The translations under genes and the position numbers were made by a program. Shown here piece after piece: positions 1 to 12,400 of a stretch of DNA of 64,000 bases (the stretch's first letter is position 1; every line of letters begins with the position of its first letter). The DNA is from Mobula hypostoma (lineage: Eukaryota): positions 46,686,001-46,750,000 of the forward strand of contig NC_086107.1 of the NCBI RefSeq assembly GCF_963921235.1, read 5' to 3'. A model generated the notes under the pieces. It did no database searches and was not told where the DNA came from. It worked only from the letters and a program-made list of their open reading frames with translations.

Positions 1-821
1 CCGTAACTGGGTTGCCAAGCCAGCAGAAATGGACCACTTAGTTGGAGTCTGGTTAACAGAAACTAATAAAGTTTTATTAAAGAAATAAGCAACACAGTAT
101 TCTAATCGTAAGGATATAAATGCAACATTTAGCAATGATAAAACACACATGTACACAGAACTAGGGTAATAGGAATCACCCAAGCTCTATCGCAGTCTAG
201 GGGTAAAATGATCAGTCTCAAGTGGCGCAGAGTTCAGTTCGGCTTAGTACAGTTCGCAGTAATCGCTCTTGTGCCGTTGGAGAGAGAGAGAGATAATATA
301 CAAACCTGATTCAGACAGACCTTTGATGTTCTTCGCATTAGCTTTCGGGCGAACCCTTTTAATGTCTTCTGTGGTCACCGACTGTGACCCCTCCATTCTG
401 GATACGACCATTCTTCCGCGGTGAACCCAGCACCCAGGCAAGGGCGGACACACACACCAGGTTCCCGCTGATCGTACCTTTTCACCCTGTGCGTCTATGG
501 TCGGTTCCCGTGACCAGACCTCCAAACTCCTACCAACTTGTGGGGGCACACCGCTCTTCCAGGGTCTTGTTATCTCGTGATCTCGTGATGTGTGTCGTGC
601 CTTAGCGAACCTGTTCTTTTTATCCCCCTACTGGGGTATCGCCTGTCCATCAAACTTCAAACAGTTCAGGTTCAAAGCAACCGGTCTGTCAATATTCTGA
701 AATGTGTTTCTTTCTCGTTAATCTCTCTCTCTTATTAGCATTTTGAATGTTTCTCCATTGTCTCTCTTATCTCTCTCATCAGCATCAATCTTCTGATAAC
801 TTGGTTTGTCGTCACACTACA
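1..821 (-). mobile_element. probable LTR of an LTR retrotransposon (runs off window start), inserted into the Tc1 element
   Basis: The Tc1 transposase reading is replaced by unrelated sequence at about 821. The junction reads TGTAGTGTGACG on the minus strand (TG start typical of LTRs). No credible coding sequence. Confidence 0.45.
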
Positions 822-1951
822 AAGTGTTGTAGCCTGTGCAGAATGTGGTCTGGCATTGTCCTGCTGAAATAAGCGTGGACGTCCCGGAAAGTGACCTCGC
901 CTTGATGGCAACATATGTCTCTCTAAAATCCTAATATACACCTCAGAGTCAATGGTACCTTCACATACATACAACTCACCCATGCCGTGGGCACTGCTGC
1001 ACCCCCATACCATCACAGATGCTGGCTTTTGCACCTTTCACTGATAACAATCTGGATGGTCGTTTTCATCTTTGGCACGGAGAACTCGATGCATGTTTTT
1101 TTCTGAAAACTAGCTGAAATGTGGACTCATCTGACCACAGCACACGGTTCCACAGTCTTTTGGTCCATCTGAGATGAGCTTGGGCCCAGAGAACTCGCCG
1201 GCGTTTCTGCATAGAGTTGATGTATGGCTTCCTCCTTGTGTAATACAGTTTCAAGTTGCATTTCTGGATGCGGCGACGGACTGTGTTGAGTGACAATGGT
1301 TTTCCAAAGTACTCCCAAGCCCAGGTGGCTATAATTGTCACAGTAGCATGACAGTTTCTTAGGCAGTGCCGCCTGAGGGCTCGGAGATCACGCGCATTCA
1401 ACAGTGGTTTCCGACCTTGCCATTTACGCACTGAGATGTCTCTGAATTCTCTGAATCTTCTCACAATATTATGTACTGTAGATGTTGAAAGACCTAAATT
1501 CTTTGCAATCTTGCATTGAGAAATGTTCCTTTTGAACTGACTAACAATTCTCTCACAAATTTTCGCACAAAGGGGTGAGCCACGACTCATCCTTGCTTGC
1601 AAAGACTGAGCCTTTGATGGACGCTACTTTTATACCCAGTCATGATACCTCTCCTGCTACCAATTAGCCTGCTTAATGCGGAGTCTTCCAAACCAGTGTT
1701 ACTTGAATATTCTGTGCACTTTTCAATCTTATTTTAACTCTGTCCCAACTTTTGTTGAGTGTGTTGCAGCCATCAAATTCTAAATCTGTGTATATTTACA
1801 AAATACAATTAAGTTGGTCAGTAAAACTATTGAAAATCTTTTCTTTGTACTTTTGTCAGTTAAATAAAGGTTCACGTGAATTAACATATCACAGATTTTT
1901 GTTTTTATTGCATTTTGGAAAATATCCCAACTTTTCTGGAAATGGGGTTTG
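822..1951 (-). mobile_element. Tc1/mariner DNA transposon, truncated, with disrupted transposase
   Basis: ORF 1066-1602 has Tc1 HTH features and the WSDES motif; ORF 735-1034 has VMVWG and FQQDNARPH DDE motifs. The terminus reads CAAACCCCATTTCCAGAAAAGTTGGGA on the minus strand, next to TA at 1952-1953. Confidence 0.92.
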
Positions 1952-1953
1952 TA

Positions 1954-2290
1954 TTTTGGATAGCTTCTCCTTTGTTAAATAATAACAGTGAACAATTTTA
2001 AATTGAATTAAACAATGATTGGCACATATCGAAGAAGAATTAACCATTTTCAGAACTCGCAACCAATCTTCATTAACAAAAGTCATATTAAGTTCTCTGT
2101 CCCAATCTTGTTTAATCTTTAGTGAGAGGTTATCTTTTTGTAGTAAAAATAACTTATAAATTCTACCAATGGAATCTCTCACTAAAGTATTCATATTCAA
2201 AATAGTATCTAACAAATCATATTCTTGCATATATGGAAATGTAGAAACGTATTTTTGTAAAAAAATGCCCAACCTGAAAATATTGCAAAA
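1954..2290 (-). mobile_element. L1 ORF2 C-terminal fragment
   Basis: ORF 1889-2272 (KIKQDWDRELN...SSSICANHCLIQFKIVH) closely parallels the C-terminus of the L1 ORF at 52513-55152 (KIRVDWEQELG...TSSICAKHSLIQFKVVH). Confidence 0.85.
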
Positions 2291-2348
2291 TTTTGTCTAG
2301 TTTTACGCTGTGTAACACCCTTACAAGCTCTTTCAGGCTTTTCCGATA

Positions 2349-3918
2349 CAGGTGTCCCCTGCTTTTCGAACATTTGCTTTTCGAAACCTCACTGTTACAA
2401 AAGACCTACATTAGTACCCTGTTTTCGCTTTCAGAAGGTGTTTTCACTGTTACGAAAAAAATTCAGCGCGCGATAAAAGGCAGCGCGCGCCCCGAGCAGC
2501 CGCTCTCACCCGGATTTGGAACGGCATTGCTCTAACACGAGCCTGTGAGCAGTCGTTTGCAAGATGAGTTCTATGGTGTCAGAAAAGCCTGAAAGAGCTC
2601 ATAAGGGTGTTACACTTAGCGTAAAACTAGATATAATTAATCGTTTCGATCGTGGTGAACGAAGCAAGGACAAAGTGAGTTTGGCTTGTGGAAGTTGACG
2701 AAGATGATGTTGAAGAGGTTTTGGCATCCCATGATCAAGAACTGATAGATGAAGAGCTGATGCAATTGGAAGAGGAAAGGATAACAATCGAAACCGAATG
2801 AGTAATGATAAAGTAAGACTTTAATTTTGAAAGGGAACGTAGGTTTAGGGGATATTTGCAAGATTCTTTGAGTCCTTACAAAGAACTATATGATAGAAAA
2901 ATGCGCGAGGCTCAGCAGTCAACCAAGCCTTCCACATCAGCCACAGCAGACAACGAGCCACAACCTTCGACATCGAGGCGGGCAGTCATAGGAGAAGATG
3001 AGCTGCTTGCTCTAATGGAAACAGACGATGAGATGACACCCCAGTGTCCCACCACCCCAACACCCAGGCCGCGGACAGATACTGTACTGATTCGCGGAGA
3101 ATGCAGCAGTAGCCGGGAGGCATACAGCACATCTTTAAGAAAAAAGCCGAAATAAACATGCTAATAAATTAGGTGCCGCCCCACACGTAAATGTCGGCCC
3201 AGATCAGAGGCAACGAATCGGAAATCGGCATTGATCTGGGCCGACAATTATGTGTCGGGCGGCACCAAATTAATTAGCATGTTTATTTCGGCTTTTTTCT
3301 TAAAGATGTGCTGTGTGCCTCCCGGCTACCGCTGGACCCCTGCATGCTTTGCGGTAATGTATCGGCTGGTGGCCCGGAGGGTGGGGGCCACTCCACCACC
3401 TAACCTGCGACGACTCAGCCTAACACACCACCATCAGTGTGCTCGACTTTGTCCCAATTCCGGTAAGTGATACAACACTGTACATACATTATTTCTACTT
3501 TATATCGGCTGTGTATTTTTATGTGTTATTTGGTATGATTTGGCAGCTTCATAGCTTAAAGGTTACTGGACAGCGCTTGCGCCGTGTTTTTGCCAACAGC
3601 GCTTGTGTGAGATTTTCTGCCAACGGTGCTTGCATGAGATTTTCGCTACGGAGAACAGTTCAGCAATGATTGTGGAAAAGTATTTCTACTTTATATAAGC
3701 TGTGTATTTATCATATCATTCCTGCTTTTACTATATGTTACTGTTATTTTAGGTTTTATGTGTTATTTGGTATGATTTGGTAGGTTATTTTTGGGTCTAC
3801 AAATGCTCACAAAATTTTCCCATATAAATAAATGGTAATTGCTTCTTCGCTTTATGACATTTCGGCTTACGAACCGTTTCATAGGAATGCTGTACCTTCG
3901 GATGGCGGGGGAAACCTG
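2349..3918 (+). mobile_element. Tigger/pogo-type non-autonomous DNA transposon
   Basis: Ends CAGGTGTCCCC... and ...GGGGAAACCTG are flanked by TA at 2347-48 and 3919-20. ORF 2856-3155 resembles a Tigger transposase C-terminal remnant. Confidence 0.8.
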
Positions 3919-3920
3919 TA

Positions 3921-4174
3921 CCATAGAACTCAACTTGCAAATGGCTGCTCACAGGCACATGTTTAAGCAATGCCGGTGAGAATGCCGTTCCGAATCCGGG
4001 GGAGAGCAGCTGCTCGGGGCGCGCACGGCCTTTTATCGCGGGCTGTTTTTTCCTGCACGCTGCTTTTTTTGTAACAATGAAAACACCTTCTGTTAGCGAA
4101 AACAGGGTACTAATGTAGGTCTTTCGTAACAGTGAGGTTCGTAAAGCGAACGTTCGAAAAGCGGGGGACACCTG
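3921..4174 (-). mobile_element. inverted 5' fragment of the same Tigger family (host of the 2349-3918 copy; other half at about 2296-2346)
   Basis: 3921-4174 is the reverse complement of about 2349-2577, and 2296-2346 is the reverse complement of about 2578-2630. Confidence 0.8.
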
Positions 4175-4176
4175 TA

Positions 4177-4330
4177 TATAAAAACAGGAACATTTAAAGG
4201 GAACAATTCACTTTTATTTAAATTAAGTTTATATCCTGAAAATTTTCCAAAATCATTTAATAATTCCAAAAGATAAGGAACAGATAACTGAAGGTGGGAT
4301 ATGGAGGTCTCAGAGTTCGGACACCCTTAG
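4177..4330 (-). mobile_element. L1 RT-region fragment
   Basis: The minus strand reads ...LLNDFGKFSGYKLNLIK..., matching LAQFGLFSGYKLNLSKSELFP in the 52513-55152 ORF. Confidence 0.7.
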
Positions 4331-4518
4331 ATAGGCTGACTTATGATGCACTGGGGAAACAGACTGTTGCATCTTTCCCCCAGTGAGATATATCACTACC
4401 ATTCACAAATGGATTGGAGGTCCTGACACCACGAAATTCCTTTGAAAACTGTGTTGTTAATGATGGGTTGATAAGTTTCAAAGTCATGAGGACATGACTA
4501 TTTTCGGCGGGGGGAGAG

Positions 4519-5580
4519 TGTAACGCCCTGGTTCACATTTTTACTGCTATGCTGTTTTTTTTTGTGTGCCATACTCTGCCAGCACCTTGGCGACCACTTT
4601 TTTCCAAGTGATTGTCTTGGAGGAAAGATTCTGTGAGTGGTCCCCCACGGCTTTCTCACAGCACAGTTTTTTTTACGAGGCCAAGTTACAAGCTCGACAC
4701 TCAACACAGCATGGATGGAAAGCGTGCCCGACTGGATTCGAACTGGGGAACCTTCGCTCCGGAGTCTGGCGCTGATGTCACTGTGCGACCAGCTATGCTG
4801 TAGATATTCCATTTCAGCAGTTCTGTAGAGCAGTCTGTTCTGCTTTCAGCCTGTTTGGGTTTGAGCTGAGATAAGGGACTTTGTTGTTGACCTTAGCAAT
4901 GTGGTGTCAGCCAATCAGGATGATGGAATTGGGAGGTTCTAGGGAGCGATGGGTGGAGAGTTTTTTTAAAAAGGGCAGTGGTGTTTGAGGTCTTTTTGGC
5001 AGGAGCTGAGAGAAGACATGAAGGAAGATGGCTGAGGATGCTGTCCCTGTTGCACAGGGTGCTTTGTGCAGATGAATGGGTTCCAGGAGGAAGGACCAAT
5101 ACTTCTGTGGGAAATCCCGTTTGTTCGAGATGAATTTCAAGCGACATTTGGAAGGCGGTGTGTGTTTTCACTCAGACGGAGGGTCCAGTGCTTGAATTAG
5201 ACAACTCAAGATGAGCTCCAACTTCTGTGCACAATTGACTGTTTAGTTATGATGGGCCATTTTTTGTTTTGCTTACTTTAATAACTGTTAGGTTAAGTTA
5301 ACATTGTTAATTATACTTCATTGTAATTGTATGCAGTGTACGGTCTGTTATTTCTTGCCAACAGCGATTGCCGGGGGGGGTGGGGGGGGTGGCGATGTGG
5401 TGTCAGTAAATCACACAGCAGTCACACAAACCGGGGTTTGGGTGGGCAAGACATCCCAGCCTCATGGGTTTGGCAGGACCAAAGACGTATACATCCTATA
5501 CGTACGGAGCCTGAGAAAGGTGGTTTCTTTGCTGTGGAGTCCAGTGGCTGTTAGTGAGCGGCTATCAAGCTGCATTTACA
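4519..5580. mobile_element. probable solo LTR
   Basis: Begins TGTAAC and ends TTTACA. Flanks are GAGAG and GAGAC (5-bp TSD, one mismatch). Non-coding. Confidence 0.5.
4560..4795 (-). mobile_element. tRNA-derived SINE inserted in the LTR
   Basis: The minus strand has a tRNA-like head with a B-box (...CAGTTCGAATCC...) and an A-rich end near 4560. Confidence 0.55.
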
Positions 5581-6087
5581 GAGACTCCCAGTGAAAAGAG
5601 GTTTCTCTAGCAACATACTTATACATTTTTTCTGCATTCTTCCCAGCTTAATGGTGTCATTCCTATAACAATGTACCCAAAATAAACTTTACAATTAAGG
5701 AAGTACCTTTTAAAGAGTATGCACTGTTACTAACGTCTGAGACACAACGCATTATTTAACCTTTACTAACCTGAGATGTTAGTAATGTTGACTAAAGTTT
5801 ATGTTCAAGTTAGTGCTGAGGGACTTATTTAATATTGATGAGGAATTTTGTATCTTCATATTACGTTGCTGAAGGTTTAATGACTCATCTGAAATCTGTG
5901 ATTTCAAACAATACAGCATCCACTTCAATCCACAAATCAATCTGTGATCCTGGAGTTGAACAACTTACTGACTTGTGATTTTGCTAGAAAGAATGCCATA
6001 ACTTGCACTGTAACTTGGATCTGTTTAATTTCTATTTGTAATATGTGATTGAAGATAAACTTACCTCATTTTTCTGTTTGCATTTAG

Positions 6088-6429
6088 AATCGTTGGATAT
6101 GACCATTTTTAGAAGTCCAAAGAATGTATTATTGAATACGGACATTACCTTGGAATGTAAAGTTACCGATTTTGGAACGCCACTTCTTGACCTATCAAAC
6201 GTAGGTGTTAAGTGGTTGTATGGATCCCAAAGGAAAGAAATCTATATCTTTAATGCAGGAGATGCTATGGCTAAACGACATGGAGCCAAAATATTTGAAA
6301 CTGAATTACGGAAAGGAGATGCTTCACTTTATCTTCCAAATATCCAATTAAATGAAGCAGGAGAATACATTTGTGTTGTACTTGTCACTCCTGACAGAGT
6401 GGAAAAGAGTTCACAAATTGTGGTCTTGG
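6088..6429 (+). CDS. NCR3LG1-like: exon: Ig V-set domain, B7-H6-like
   Basis: catttag|AA...TTG G|gtaaga, 342 nt, phase 1/1. Peptide ITLECKV...VGVKW...GDASLYLPNIQLNEAGEYICVVLVTP resembles the B7-H6 V-domain [26 protein letters not shown] motif as I recall it. Confidence 0.9.
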
Positions 6430-9400
6430 GTAAGAGATTTCTAAAACATTACCTGTTGTGAACAGAGAACAGCACAGCATAGGAATAAGCCATTTGGCCC
6501 ATGATGTTGTGCCAAACTAATTAAACTAGTAATTAGCTAGGAAGTTAAGTAATCCCTTCTGTCTACACAATGTCCTTACCCCTCAACTCTCTGCACATTC
6601 ATGTGCCTATCTCAGAGCTTTTTAAATGCATCTGTCACATCTGCCTCTGCTGCCCCCTCTGGCAGTGCATTGCAGGCACCCACTGCTCTCTGTCTCTTTT
6701 TAAAAGAAAGAAAACCTGCTGCTCACATCATCTTTAAACTTGCTCCCTCTCAGCTTTAGGCACTTTGACCCTGGGATAAAGACAATAGCTGTCTTTTCTA
6801 TCTTTGCCTCTCATAATCTTATAAATTTCCATCAGGTTTTCCCTCACCTTGACACTCCAGGGAAAGCAACCCTAGTTCATTTGAATGGTTTTAATCTGAA
6901 ACATCGACTGTCCATTTCCCTTCATAGATGCTGCCTGACCAAGCACGTTGTGTGTTGCTCCAAGTTTGTCCATCCTCTCCTTGTAGCACATGCTCTTTTT
7001 CTGAGGCAACATCCCACTTCTGTACCCTCTTCAAACCCTCCACTCTATTCCTATTATGGGGACAACCAGAACTGGAAGCAGTGCTCTAGATGTGGCATAA
7101 GCAGAGTTTTATAAAGCTGCAAAAGTAACTTATCAACTCTTGACCTCAATGCCTCAACTAATAAAGACAAGTGAGCCATGTACTTCCTTACCACCCTATC
7201 AACCTGTGCTGTTTTAAGAGACTGTGGCCTTGGGTCACAAAATCCCTCTGTAGATCAATGTTGTTAAAGATTTTGCCATTAAAAGTGTACTATCCCTTCA
7301 TATTTGAGTTTCCAAATTGTAAAACTTATTACTTAGCTGTCTTAAACTCTACCTGCCATTTCTGTGCCCATGTCTATAACTGATCTATATCCTGCCATAT
7401 CCTTTGGCAATTGTCTACACTATCCATAATGCATATAATCTCCGCAGAATTACCGATGCACCTCTCCACTGTCTGTTAATTTTTTATTTGGAGACTCTGG
7501 ATCAGAAGGAATACCTGATTTAAAAACTCTCACATGGAACTGCATTGAATGTTGAACAAGCCAATTATCTTTCAGGAGTAATAGTAAAGGGAAATCCTGT
7601 GTTTTGGAGCAATAATTGAAGGAAGGAAAGTGGTACATTTTGTTTATGTAAACATAGCAATATCTTAGACTTGGCTTTAGATATTTATGATAATACACTT
7701 CATCCTATCTGACTTAAGGTTGGATTTGCCTTTTAATACAGCTAAGCCAAAGGTGCTTCTATCCACGCAACACATTACCATTCTGAATGGTACAGAGAAA
7801 TCTGTCCAGTGTGATGCTGCGGAATTTTATCCTCAGAAGCATGAAATCTTCTGGGAAAAGATATCCGGAGGGAAAACTGAGAGATTGCAAAGACATGTCT
7901 GCACTGGAGCTGCAGTTTCTAATAATGATGGAACGTTTAACGTTTCCAGTAATATTAGAATTGAACCAACTCCGAATGATGATGGTAATGTATACAAGTG
8001 TACAGTGAGACATCAGTCCCTTCCAGACGAACTTTCAGAAGAGGTGAAACTCACGGTTGAAGGTATGTTCCATACTTTGAATAAGTTGGGGATACTATGT
8101 AGCAATATTTGTAACAATGTTTTTTAAAAATGTTCCACTGACTTAAATCAAAGGTTCATTGTTTGTTATTTCACCACATAAAGATACTGGCTGAGAAGTT
8201 GAGTCATGCCTGCAAATAATCAGTAGGCTGGCACATTTTGAATTTCTACAGAGACTCTTGGTGACTGCCTGTTAGTAACTTGCTCATTGAATCATTTAAC
8301 TGTTTGTACCAATGTAACTGCTGATTCTTTCCATGCCATGAGTAATTAGTTTTGACCTTTATCGTACAATTTCATTTTCTGCACACCACTGTCTATCTTT
8401 CCTGTGCTTGATTTGGTTGAGTAAGAGGGGCCCTGCCCTTCTGCCTCTGTCTTCACCAGTGGGTTAGATATTCTTCTAATATGTCCCAAAAATAATTGAG
8501 ACAGGTTTGCAGGCATCATTCTAGCCTTCTGTCACCACCCTTACCCAGGGCTAGTTTTTAATCTTTCTATTTTAATATTCAACAGCACAACTTGCAACTG
8601 ATGTCATTTGCAAATAAGTTGAGTCAAAAGTTGGGATACTGGTAACTCTGAGCCCACCACTTATCCCAGATTATATGGAAAATAACAAAACTACAGAATG
8701 GAATTCCCAGAACATGACTTAAAGTGAAAATAAGTTGCACAATTATGGTTTCAATTTCTTGAAAATCTTTACAGGGTTTATGAATGGTGATTTATAATTT
8801 GCAAAAACTCGTAAGTGTCTCAAGATGATGAAGTTTATTAGTGTGTCTAAATGCTCATATTTTTGTTTTGGTTTTCTAAGTTTCAGAGCCTGAATCAGCT
8901 TCAACAGGAGCAGTGGGAGCTGCATTTGTAGGAGGATTTGTGTTATGTATCCCGTTTGCTGCAGGACTACTTGCTTGTTGGTGGAGATTTCGAGCAGGTA
9001 ATATGAAGACAGTGAAATCATTTTGGTGTGTTGCAGTTTGTGCATTGAGTCATAGAAGATGCAGCTGAGAAACTGGCCATTTGGCTCACTGTGTCCATGC
9101 CAGCTATCAAACACTGGTTTACAAAATCCCATTTTATTTTCCCCAATTTCTCACTAGCTCCCCCCAGGTTCTACCATTCACCTACACTTGGAGAAATTCA
9201 CAGATTTCATTCACCTATTGGCCTGCATATTTTTTTGGTGATGCGGAAGGAAACCAAAGCACCTGAAGGAAATTCCTGCATCATGGCCAGTGTTGAAACT
9301 CCACACAGGCAGTGCCAGAGGTTAGCATTGAACCTGGGTTGCTGGCTGTGAATTTGTATGGCTGTTCTGATTCTTTGACTGTTTCTTGTATCTCTTCCCC

Positions 9401-12400
9401 AAATTGGGAAGTGATGATCTTTTTGCTTTGATTACAGCTAATCTGCAGTAATTGTACTCCTCCATTGGTGTTCAACAGAAAGTCTTGCTTGGTGTTTCTC
9501 CATTGAATGGAATTTGATACTCTAGGTGCAGCCTCCATTTAATTTTGATTTTTTTTTATAATTATATTTCCCTTTAAACACATTTGAATTTGGAATTGAT
9601 GCACAGTTCATTTTTATGATGCCATAAATTACATCATTCAATTTTCAAAGTTCCTTTTGGATAATGTAGATTGACTTCCCCAATAAGCTTCTTCCCTAGG
9701 AAGCTAGTTGAATTTCCTCCAGGTTCACCTGTCGTTGGGCACTGTTTTAATAGCACAGTGTGGAGCACCACTAAATGTGGCCCATTTCATGGGTTCTTAT
9801 CCTTTTTTCTGTCACTTCAATTGCTGAATTTGCTCTTGACATGAAATGAGCATGAAGCAACACACAGAAAATGCTGGAGAAACTGAGCAGGCTAGGCAGC
9901 ATCTATAGAAAAGAGTAAATAGACAAAGTCTCAGCCCAAAACCCTTCTTCAGGATTGAGAAGGGTCTCAGCCCACAACATCACTTGTTTACTTTTCTCCA
10001 TGGATGCTGCCTGGCCTGCTGAGTTTTCCAGGATTTTGTGTGTGTTGCTTGGATTATCAGCATCTGCAGATTTTCTCTTGTTTGTGAAATGCTTTATCTG
10101 CAGAGGAATTGGGGGGGGGGTAGAGAAAAAAATATGTTCTCGTGTTTAGAAATAAACTGTGCTAAGTGATGAATTTTCTCGCTTCTTACCACCTAGATTT
10201 TTTTAAGAACCTGTTTTAAAGTTCAGCAACGGAAGCAATTAACAGAAATCTGAAATCAGAAGTTAGATTTATCAATACACATTGATCTGATTGCATATCT
10301 GACTGTACTTTGATCTAATTGTGTATCTGACTGTACATGCATGTATGCAAAACAATCATGTATACAATTTCAATGTTAGGGCAATATCCTCCCACATTGT
10401 CCCTCTTCGTTGCTTGTACATTGCAATGGAGATACAACATGAAGATTTTTACTCCCTTGGATGTAAGAAAATAAATAAATAAATAGCCCTCCAGTGTTTC
10501 AGAATAAGCAAATAGTGCAATTTTTTAAAATACTCTTAATTCCACTGGATGCAATGTTTGTTGGTTTCGTTATTTTGGGCCGTAATATGCTGAATAAAAA
10601 TGGTACAAACTAATAGAAATTCTGACCTTGTCTGTTTACACTAGTTGTGTCTTATTTCTGTAATTCCAGAAAGGCAATAAAAACTGAGGATGCAAGAAAG
10701 AACATTTACATTGTTAAGTGTTAATTACTTATTTTGTTTTGATTAGTTCCTCCAAAAATTACTGGATGCAGTGAACATCAAGTTTTGAAACATCTTGAAG
10801 AAAGCGTAGTCACTTGGATGGTTAGCTCATTTCGACCTTATGAGATTACAATTGTGATCTACGCAAAGAGGAAGCAGAACGATAAATGTCGGCTTCTGAA
10901 TTGGAGCAGTAAGGATGGGAAAAAAATCTGCAGTCAGTATACATCAACAAATGGACCTGATTGTAATGAAACGAAAATCCTTATGCGGTCAGATGACGAA
11001 GATGCATCCTTTAAAGCACAGATTTCTGAATTAAAAACTAACACACGAAAGATTTGCAGTGTAGAAGTCAGTGTCAGAATACATCCAGATATTTCTCAGG
11101 ATGATGGGGCTGAGTTAAGTATCGAAGTTCAACATCAGGCACTTAAAGAGCCTATAACTAAGACACTGACACTAGACGTTAAAGGAGGTAAATTGCAAAT
11201 ATTTTCTTTAATTATTAATTGCTGTCTTTTGTGGCTCCATTTTGAATGTCTTTCATTAACATATATGGTATTTGACATTGATGTGGATACACAAAATTCT
11301 GGAGGAACTCAACAGGTCAGGCAGCAACTATGGTGAAGAGTACTGACGGGTCACGGCCCAAAACATCAGCTGTTTTGCCCTCCATAGATATTGCCTGACC
11401 TGCTGAGCTTCTCCAGCATTTTGCATGTTTTGCTCAAGACTTCCAGCACCAGTAGAATCTCTTATGTCAATGATGTCGATAGTTATGTTGAATACAGTTC
11501 TTCATCAGGTGGACTCAGTCATTAAACATTTAAAACAATTCAGTATTTTTTTTCTCTGTTTGCATTTCAGTTTGTGAGATTAATTTTTCATTTTCTCTTT
11601 TCTAAGTGCCACCTAAGGTTTTAAACATTTTGACGCCACCTCTCATCAAAGACAAGGAACCTGTGGCTTTGTCTTGTTCAGTCAGTGGATTTAAACCAAG
11701 ACCATTAAGTATTATATGGCAACAAAAGAGAAAGAATAAAGATTTGGAAGAACTTGTCCAGTTGCAGCTGGACAATACGACAAACAAACACGATGACAAC
11801 AGGATGAATTTGAAGGCAAAGCATTACATCAGTGAAGTGGAGCATGAAGACAAAACTTACAGCATTGCTAGTGTATTAGTTATTGTGCCAAATATACAGC
11901 AAGACCAGAACTCGCAGTACTTATGTAGCATACTGCACCACTCCACTAACGACAAGCAAGAGAAAGAAATAACCCTAAGAATTACAGGTATACTATTATC
12001 TAAGCCTTGCAACAAGAAAGGATCCAGATTGCTTATTTCATTTGGAGGCTCCTCTAATGAATGCATTGTCTCGATGCCATATTTCTCTTACTGTTACAAG
12101 GGAAAAGATTTGAAATAATTTAAGAATATAGCAAGCTAAATCAATAGGGTAGGATTGTACTGAAATTAATAAATTAAGTAATTATATTCTATGTCTTTCT
12201 CCAAAGTTTTCAAAGCTATAAGTAATTACATACGGAAAGTGCAATATCTAGTCCCCAACTTTTGAAAATCTGCTCATGTTTCAAACCTTGTTTTCTTTTC
12301 CAGCTCCTCCAAAACTGGGCACTATAAAGTGTGAAGCAGCAAAACCAATTGCAGAAGTGCCCATGAATTTAAGCTGTCAAATAAGTGCATTTTACCCCAG

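Noticed and set aside
4715-4795. tRNA gene
   Set aside because: Only a tRNA-like head with a B-box attached to SINE body sequence; no complete cloverleaf seen.
5580-6087. Signal-peptide exon or promoter of the Ig gene
   Set aside because: No ATG-initiated hydrophobic leader with a phase-1 donor found; probably upstream of the window.
6088-6480. V exon as a rearranging Ig/TCR V segment
   Set aside because: It includes its own G strand and ends in a GT donor. I saw no CACAGTG heptamer with a spaced nonamer here or at other CACAGTG hits (about 9755, 32818, 58592, 61192).
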